This document shows positions 28,764-32,000 of a DNA stretch of 32,000 nt, piece after piece. Numbering within the stretch: the stretch's first letter is position 1; every line of letters begins with the position of its first letter. The position numbers and the translations under genes were made by a program. The notes under the pieces are model-generated. The model was not told the DNA's origin. It was given only the letters and a program-made list of their open reading frames with translations, and searched no databases. Source of the DNA: Nitratidesulfovibrio vulgaris str. Hildenborough (GTDB taxonomy: Bacteria; Desulfobacterota; Desulfovibrionia; Desulfovibrionales; Desulfovibrionaceae); assembly GCF_000195755.1 (NCBI RefSeq), contig NC_002937.3:1920001-1952000 (forward strand), read 5' to 3'.

Positions 28764-29405
28764 CTAGACCCGCCGGTTGATGCTTGCAAGGAAGTTGGAT
28801 GCCTGCATGTTGAAATCGAGAATGGACGAACCGCCTCCGTTGGATGTGGAGTCGAACCAGAGTGCCATGCTCTCCATCTGAATGCGGGTTCGCAGGGCGG
28901 CAGGAGAAATCTGCTGTGCCTTGCGTGCCTGATCAAGCCCGGTAAGGGCCTGAATGTCATTGAACTTGGCGACCATGTCGGGATTGTCCTTGAAATACTT
29001 CTCGACCTTGGCCTTGTCTGCATGGTTGCTGACGACAGAGACACCCCCCTGACCGTCGGACGCAAGGCGGAATTCGATGTCCTTGTCGACACCGAGGGCC
29101 AGCAAGTCCTTACGGACCGTTTCCGAGAACGAGGCTTCAAGCCCTTCACGATACTTCTGCAATGAGGCGAACGAAACCTGACTGCCGCCCGAGAGTTTCA
29201 TGCCTTCGAACAGCGAACGCAACTGAAGCGCAAGCGTCCCGCTTGTGGCCCCTGCATACGCCCCGGTGGCCGAGGTCTTTCCGCCTGATGTGCCGGACGT
29301 CTTGTCCGAAGCAGTGGCATCCTTCGTGTTCGACTGCTTGAGATTGGCGAAGTCGATACCATTACCGTAAGCCATCGTGTAGCTGCCTATTCCCGTCGTA
29401 CGCAT
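28764..29405 (-). CDS. Hypothetical protein, 213 aa; distant paralog of the 1533..2141 product
   Basis: Internal ATG with RBS gggaggcacgATG. Ser/Thr/Gly-rich N-terminal part, then VDKDIEFRLASDGQGGVSVVSNHADKAKVEKYFKDNPDMVAKFNDIQ, which parallels IDLSEKLTLRLDEPSQLVVASSHPQAEAVQKILDASPELGEAFGEIA. Confidence 0.6.
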   Translation of the reverse strand: MRTTGIGSYTMAYGNGIDFANLKQSNTKDATASDKTSGTSGGKTSATGAYAGATSGTLALQLRSLFEGMKLSGGSQVSFASLQKYREGLEASFSETVRKDLLALGVDKDIEFRLASDGQGGVSVVSNHADKAKVEKYFKDNPDMVAKFNDIQALTGLDQARKAQQISPAALRTRIQMESMALWFDSTSNGGGSSILDFNMQASNFLASINRRV

Positions 29406-29455
29406 CGTGCCTCCCGGCGGCAGTGGTTGCCGCCTCATGTCAGTGCCGACTTCCA

Positions 29456-29471
29456 AGCATGAATCATGCCA
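29456..29471 (-). promoter_or_regulatory. sigma54 (RpoN) -24/-12 promoter candidate
   Basis: The minus strand reads TGGCATG-ATTC-ATGCT against TGGCACG-N4-TTGCW. GG/GC spacing is correct, with two mismatches. The -12 GC lies about 52 nt upstream of the ATG at 29405. Confidence 0.5.
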
Positions 29472-29581
29472 ATACAGCAAAGAAAAAGCTTGGACGCTCC
29501 CGGCAAAAAGGGCTATCGAGGCATTACGGGGGCTGGTGACCACAGGGTCGCCTAGGTTGTATCCTTTTGCCAAAGCAAGGC

Positions 29582-30583
29582 ATGACACAGACACAAACGG
29601 TCGAAACACTCTCCTTCGACGACGCCGGACTGGCCAATCAACTCTTCGGCGCACAGAACGGCAATCTCGACATCATTGCCGAACGTTCCGGCACGTCCAT
29701 AGATACATGCGGCAACGCCGTCACTGTCAGCGGTGAGAATGCCATTGCCGTGGAGACCGTGCTGAGGCTTCTCACGCAACTCTACGGCCTGCTCAAGGCA
29801 GGGCACCCTCTCTATGCCCGTGATGTGACCCATGCCTACTCCATGCTCGAACGCGAACCCGCAACGGAGTTGCGCAAGGTCTTTCGTGAAGCCGTGTTCG
29901 TCGTCTCTCCGCGCAAGACGGTGACGGCCAAGACGCTCTCGCAGCGAGACTATGTAGACGCCTTGCGTGACAACGACATGGTGTTCGCCGTGGGCCCTGC
30001 GGGCACGGGAAAAACCTACCTCGCCGTGGCGACGGCCCTTGCATTGCTGCAAGCCCGCCGCGTCAAGCGCATCATACTCACCCGCCCCGCCGTCGAAGCG
30101 GGCGAGAAGCTGGGCTTCCTGCCCGGCGACCTCGTCGAAAAGGTCAACCCCTACCTGCGCCCACTCTACGACGCCCTGCACGACATGCTCGACTTCCAGA
30201 AGGTTACGGACATGCTCGAGACAGGGGTCATCGAGATTGCGCCTCTGGCCTTCATGCGCGGACGCACCCTGAACGATGCGTTCATCATCCTTGACGAAGC
30301 ACAGAACACGACCCCCGAACAGATGAAGATGTTCCTCACCCGGCTGGGTTTCGGGTCGCGCGCCGTCATCACGGGCGATGTAACCCAGATAGACCTGCCC
30401 ACATCCGGAAGGGGCGATGCCCTCTCCCGGTCAGGCCTCGTACAGGCCATGCGCATCCTCGACGGCGTCAAGGGCATACGCATCATCCGCTTCCATGAAG
30501 CCGACGTCATAAGGCATCCACTGGTCGGACGCATCGTACAGGCCTATGAAAGACATGAATCCGTCAAAAACAACCATACGTAA
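29582..30583 (+). CDS. phoH: PhoH-like ATPase, 333 aa
   Basis: Walker A VFAVGPAGTGKTYLAVA, and ILDEAQNTTPEQMKMFLTRLGFGSRAVITGDVTQIDLP. ATG at 29582, with an alternative TTG at 29567. Confidence 0.9.
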   Translation: MTQTQTVETLSFDDAGLANQLFGAQNGNLDIIAERSGTSIDTCGNAVTVSGENAIAVETVLRLLTQLYGLLKAGHPLYARDVTHAYSMLEREPATELRKVFREAVFVVSPRKTVTAKTLSQRDYVDALRDNDMVFAVGPAGTGKTYLAVATALALLQARRVKRIILTRPAVEAGEKLGFLPGDLVEKVNPYLRPLYDALHDMLDFQKVTDMLETGVIEIAPLAFMRGRTLNDAFIILDEAQNTTPEQMKMFLTRLGFGSRAVITGDVTQIDLPTSGRGDALSRSGLVQAMRILDGVKGIRIIRFHEADVIRHPLVGRIVQAYERHESVKNNHT

Positions 30584-32000
30584 CCTGCTGCGTCGACTCG
30601 CGCTCGTGACCGACGCCGGCGGCCTCGTCGCCCTCGCCTGTGTCATCATCGCGCTCTCGTTCCTTGCAGGGAGCGACATGAAGGCTCCTGCACGCGTTCT
30701 CGTCGCCGGAGAGATTGCTCCTCATGACATCGTGGCCGACCGCGACCTGCTTGTCGAAGACCAGCAGGCGACACGGGCCCGCCGTGAACAGGCCGGAATG
30801 CTGCAACCGGCCGTCTTCGAGTTGAGCACCGAACCCCTTCTGCACCTGCGCGAAAGGGTTCACGAAGTGTTCCAGTCGCTCAACAACGCCGAAATCGGCG
30901 ACCTCGAACCGTTGCGTCTAGCCCTCTCCGACCAGTTGGGCACCGATATTTCCATGCGTACGCTCACGGTCTGGTCGAGCGAATCGTTCCAGTCGTATGT
31001 CACCACCAATGTCCTGCCATGGACCGAAGCCCGGCTGTCCGACGGCGTATCCTCCGACATGCGCATCCTGCTTCAGTTCAAGGGAGGCATCCTCGTACGC
31101 GACCTGACCACCGGAACCGAAACGCTACGCACCAACCTGCATGCCATCCCCGACATACGCACCGTCACCTCCGAATTGACGCAGACACTCAAGAACGACG
31201 GACAATTGCAACTCGCCACCCGCAGGGCCATCCTGTCGCTCATCGAGCCTCTGCTGGTGCCCACGCTCACCCTCAACCGCGAGGCGACCGCAGCCCGTTC
31301 AGCCGAGGTCACGGACGCCATAGAGCCTGTGCTGTACAGGCTTCAACGGGGAGAGGTCATCGTCCGGCAGGGCGAACGTGTCGGACGTGAACAGCAACTG
31401 AAAATCCAGAGTCTCTACAGCGTTCGCAGCAAGCGGCTGCATTCGCTCACCGTCGTCGGCACGGCGGTTTCAGCGGCCATTCTCGCCTTCGGCCTCTTCT
31501 TCGCCCCCAGCGGCAGACCGGGCCGCCCGCTGCAACGCAAGGACCTGCTCTTCATCTCCCTCCTGCTGCTGGGCTTCGCCCTCGCAGCCAAGGGGCTCAA
31601 CCAGCTTGCCCCGGGCATCACCGACGGCATCGCCACCGAACGGCTTGCCTACTGCTTTCCAGTGGCCGGGGCCGCAGGCCTTTCGGCACTCATATTCTCC
31701 GCCCGCCGCTACTGCGTGACAGGACTTCTGCTGGCCTTCTTCTGCACCGTCCTGCTACAGGGGGGCTTGCCGCTCTTCCTGTTCTTCTTCGTGGGAGCCA
31801 TGCTCAACACATGGCTGGTCACAAGGGCCCAGACCCGGCAGGATGTGGTGTGGAGCTTCTTCCCGCTTCTGGGGGGACTGCTGGTATGCGGCCTTGCATC
31901 GGCGCTGCTTGAAGGATTGCGCGGTACGCCACTTGTGCACACCCTGCTGCTGGTCGGGGCCAACGCCATGATTTCGATGCTGCTGCTCTTTGCCCTGAGC
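30546..32000 (+). CDS. 7TM receptor with extracellular domain plus (expected) HD hydrolase, YqfF/PgpH-like membrane protein; N-terminal 485 codons, continues beyond the window
   Basis: The frame is open from ATG 30546 (or 30555) to the window end with no stop. N-terminal TM helix, a 7TMR-HDED-like extracellular region (VLYRLQRGEVIVRQGERVGREQQLKIQSL), then successive hydrophobic helices. The position after phoH is the classic phoH-yqfF-ybeY order. Not in the ORF track because it has no stop. Confidence 0.8.
   Translation, partial: MKDMNPSKTTIRNLLRRLALVTDAGGLVALACVIIALSFLAGSDMKAPARVLVAGEIAPHDIVADRDLLVEDQQATRARREQAGMLQPAVFELSTEPLLHLRERVHEVFQSLNNAEIGDLEPLRLALSDQLGTDISMRTLTVWSSESFQSYVTTNVLPWTEARLSDGVSSDMRILLQFKGGILVRDLTTGTETLRTNLHAIPDIRTVTSELTQTLKNDGQLQLATRRAILSLIEPLLVPTLTLNREATAARSAEVTDAIEPVLYRLQRGEVIVRQGERVGREQQLKIQSLYSVRSKRLHSLTVVGTAVSAAILAFGLFFAPSGRPGRPLQRKDLLFISLLLLGFALAAKGLNQLAPGITDGIATERLAYCFPVAGAAGLSALIFSARRYCVTGLLLAFFCTVLLQGGLPLFLFFFVGAMLNTWLVTRAQTRQDVVWSFFPLLGGLLVCGLASALLEGLRGTPLVHTLLLVGANAMISMLLLFALS

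Overview
High-GC chromosomal segment. Gene content and order recall a Desulfovibrio vulgaris-type sulfate reducer; this is from memory, no search was run. Most of the window is core housekeeping. It holds an M23 peptidase tail, an LprI/MliC-like protein, tmRNA (ssrA), lnt, prfB with its programmed +1 frameshift, a GGDEF cyclase overlapping a FleN/MinD-like ATPase, and an IHF/HU-like gene. It continues with dapF, dapA, two methyl-accepting chemotaxis proteins, a putative cyclase, aspA, a cyclophilin and a cbpA-cbpM-clpB chaperone operon. The last part holds a polysaccharide deacetylase, threonine aldolase, a GT4 glycosyltransferase, phoH and an open-ended 7TM-HD membrane protein that the ORF track does not list. 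Five things deserve a second look. (1) An in-frame TGA joins a signal-peptide ORF to a 233-codon downstream ORF and creates a C-P-S-U (CxxU) motif, so this is a candidate periplasmic selenoprotein between ihfB and dapF. (2) Two distant paralogous hypothetical proteins, 27 kb apart, each sit behind a near-consensus sigma54 -24/-12 promoter. (3) A decayed island lies next to ssrA. It has a truncated P4-type integrase and a possible AlpA remnant, carries MCP and CSD-Excalibur cargo, and is bounded by imperfect 49-bp direct repeats that contain an ATGTGAGTAGA motif. (4) A 156/178-bp, hairpin-dense tandem repeat fills the ppiB-aspA spacer. (5) A phased array of GCAACTG heptamers is present. The many long antisense ORFs are GC-driven shadows of the real genes.
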